DNA of 55,032 nucleotides from a virus (Duplodnaviria; Caudoviricetes): IMG/VR virus record IMGVR_UViG_3300045996_000451, positions 1 to 55,032 of that record; one strand, 5' to 3'. Shown piece by piece: positions 53,584 to 55,032 of this stretch (position 1 is its first letter; each line of letters starts with the position of its first letter). The notes under the pieces were generated by a model. It saw only the letters and a program-made list of their open reading frames with translations, ran no database searches and was not told where the DNA came from. The position numbers and the translations under genes were made by a program.

Positions 53584-53772
53584 ATGGGAATCGTACTGAA
53601 GGCTACATGGCCGAACACGGGAAGGACAGCTACCTACTGGGTGCCTACGTCAAGAATAGCGGCAGCGTACAAGGCGTTCCCCGTGGCCGGTTACTTCAGG
53701 GTAGAACTTGAATCGATGGGTACATACTCCCGCCGTCCGAAGAACGTAGAACACCACATTAATGATTACTAA
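53584..53772 (+). CDS. Hypothetical early protein
   Basis: ORF in the early operon. Confidence 0.45.
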   Translation: MGIVLKATWPNTGRTATYWVPTSRIAAAYKAFPVAGYFRVELESMGTYSRRPKNVEHHINDY

Positions 53773-53953
53773 TCGTAGCCTTCGGATGAACGCAAAAGAC
53801 ACGTACAAAGTAACGGTCTACCGTGACTACGGGATAGCGCAACTTGCCCGGGGTACGTACTACTTCCGGTGGTATTGGCAAGCGAATATATGCTCGTTTT
53901 TACTGCATCACCTGTTCGGGTACAGTTGCCACACCTGGAAGAAAGACGCTTAA
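53762..53953 (+). CDS. Hypothetical early protein
   Basis: ORF in the early operon. Confidence 0.45.
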   Translation: MITNRSLRMNAKDTYKVTVYRDYGIAQLARGTYYFRWYWQANICSFLLHHLFGYSCHTWKKDA

Positions 53954-53967
53954 GGAGGGAACACCAA

Positions 53968-54240
53968 ATGCTACGCTGCAGAGAAGGAGATTTAGCCCTC
54001 GTACTGGTCGGTCCGTATCTGGGCTTCATGGTCAAGGTCGGGAAGTTTGTGGGTGATCAGTACGTTAACCGAATCGACGGTACGCAAGGGCTTACCCACG
54101 ACTTATGGGTTATCAAAAACAGGGATATAGAGAGGGAAGTACGGACAACCACATTACTGTCCCCCGACTCGTACCTGCAACCCATACGCGGACCCCGTAC
54201 GGACCAAACCATAACAACGGAAAAGGAGATGCGGGCGTGA
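53968..54240 (+). CDS. Hypothetical early protein
   Basis: TAAGGAGG RBS; C..GDLA.V...D..L.PIR pattern common in phages. Confidence 0.65.
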   Translation: MLRCREGDLALVLVGPYLGFMVKVGKFVGDQYVNRIDGTQGLTHDLWVIKNRDIEREVRTTTLLSPDSYLQPIRGPRTDQTITTEKEMRA

Positions 54241-54485
54241 CTAAGGCACAACTAGAAGCCCAGATAAAACAACTTGAAAGGGTTAACGACGAGTTGCTTT
54301 CCGAAGTAGACCAGCAGGTCGGCGAAATACTGGATCTGGAACACGAGAAAGACGAATTGGAAAACCAGTTAATAGAACTCCGTGGAATCTTGCCCGAGTT
54401 GCCCGATACGGGCTACCGTCACGACGCCGCAGGGTACATTCAGGAATTTAACCGCGTCAGACACCTAAAGGAGATACCGCAGTGA
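54237..54485 (+). CDS. Coiled-coil hypothetical protein
   Basis: GTGA overlap and AAGGAG RBS. Confidence 0.65.
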   Translation: MTKAQLEAQIKQLERVNDELLSEVDQQVGEILDLEHEKDELENQLIELRGILPELPDTGYRHDAAGYIQEFNRVRHLKEIPQ

Positions 54486-54787
54486 ACCCCGCCCTGATAT
54501 CAATCAGCAGCATGCGCACAATGTCGAACCGGGATTTAATCAAAGCCGCGCGCCAGTTCGACCGTTTATCAATACTCGAAACCGAACTGCTAAAGCGGCT
54601 TGATGCTTTCGAGCAAGAGGAAATCCGCAAGGCCGAACGCACTCTCAAGTTCATGGCACGGACGAAAGAAGACCGGGTACAGGGAATCGTGGATTGGGCA
54701 CGTGATAAAATGGAACGTGAGCACGGCGGGTACGGCGTGTACACAAAGACGATTGACAATAACAAATTGGAGATTCAGCAGTCATGA
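54482..54787 (+). CDS. Hypothetical early protein (allele B of 105..365)
   Basis: Near-identical N-terminal ~62 aa, different C-terminus. Confidence 0.7.
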   Translation: MNPALISISSMRTMSNRDLIKAARQFDRLSILETELLKRLDAFEQEEIRKAERTLKFMARTKEDRVQGIVDWARDKMEREHGGYGVYTKTIDNNKLEIQQS

Positions 54788-55032
54788 AAACGTACTTTGC
54801 AATTCTGGCCGTACTAATGGTTATCAGTTTCACCAGCGGCTACGCTTCGGCCCAAACCGCGATATACGAAGCCACCGACCGCTACTTGAGGGACGTAGAG
54901 CGGTACGGGGTAGAACAGGAACACGCGCGCAGGCAGACACAGAGTTACCAGATGCAGCGTCGCATGAACCAGCAATACTATAACGACCGTCTGCAGAACG
55001 AAATCCAGCAACAGCAGGACGACATGAACTAC
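54784..55032 (+). CDS. Exported Q/N/Y-rich protein, allele B (truncated by the window end)
   Basis: Same signal peptide and C-terminal segment as 479..772, different middle. Confidence 0.65.
   Translation, partial: MKTYFAILAVLMVISFTSGYASAQTAIYEATDRYLRDVERYGVEQEHARRQTQSYQMQRRMNQQYYNDRLQNEIQQQQDDMNY

Larger units (their letters stand above)
1..55032. mobile_element. Near-complete temperate podovirus-like phage genome (BPP-1/APSE-like organisation) in excised, attP-intact form
   Basis: Contains integrase and attP, replication, terminase, portal, capsid, tail tube A/B, ejection and lysis genes; no host housekeeping genes; the two ends overlap. Confidence 0.93.
54378..55032 (+). repeat. Terminal imperfect direct repeat, copy B
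   Basis: Homologous to 1..703. Confidence 0.92.

Noticed and set aside
1-55032. Diversity-generating retroelement as in BPP-1
   Set aside because: No reverse transcriptase ORF and no TR/VR pair; the differences between the terminal copies include block swaps and are not adenine-specific

Overview
This window looks like an essentially complete (~54.3 kb, circularly overlapping) genome of a temperate short-tailed dsDNA phage with a BPP-1/APSE-like layout, probably infecting a Gram-negative proteobacterium (inferred from spanins, SAR-type endolysin and IHF sites). The + strand arm (53379..55032 continuing at 1..14920) carries small early genes, a DUF4224 excisionase-like gene, a tyrosine integrase, an intact attP (3' half of tRNA-Cys), a DUF2800 nuclease, DUF2815 SSB, family A DNA polymerase, dNMP kinase, VRR-NUC, SNF2 helicase and a DNA methyltransferase. 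The - strand arm (53207..14953) carries a Cro-like regulator, primase-helicase, a likely origin, TerS, a 7 kb fibre/glycosidase module, TerL, portal, scaffold, capsid, tail tube proteins, ejection proteins including a 2884-aa polyvalent effector protein, and lysis genes. The standout is a 300-aa intein in PolA whose HNH homing endonuclease is encoded as a separate nested gene in the +1 reading frame. Also notable: (L/F)xQ-delimited ART/GNAT cassettes in the giant ejection protein, two promoter/operator families with no canonical CI repressor, a structured leader before polA, shared acidic tail motifs on replication proteins, and two divergent alleles of one locus at the contig ends. All family assignments come from motif recognition by eye; no searches were run.
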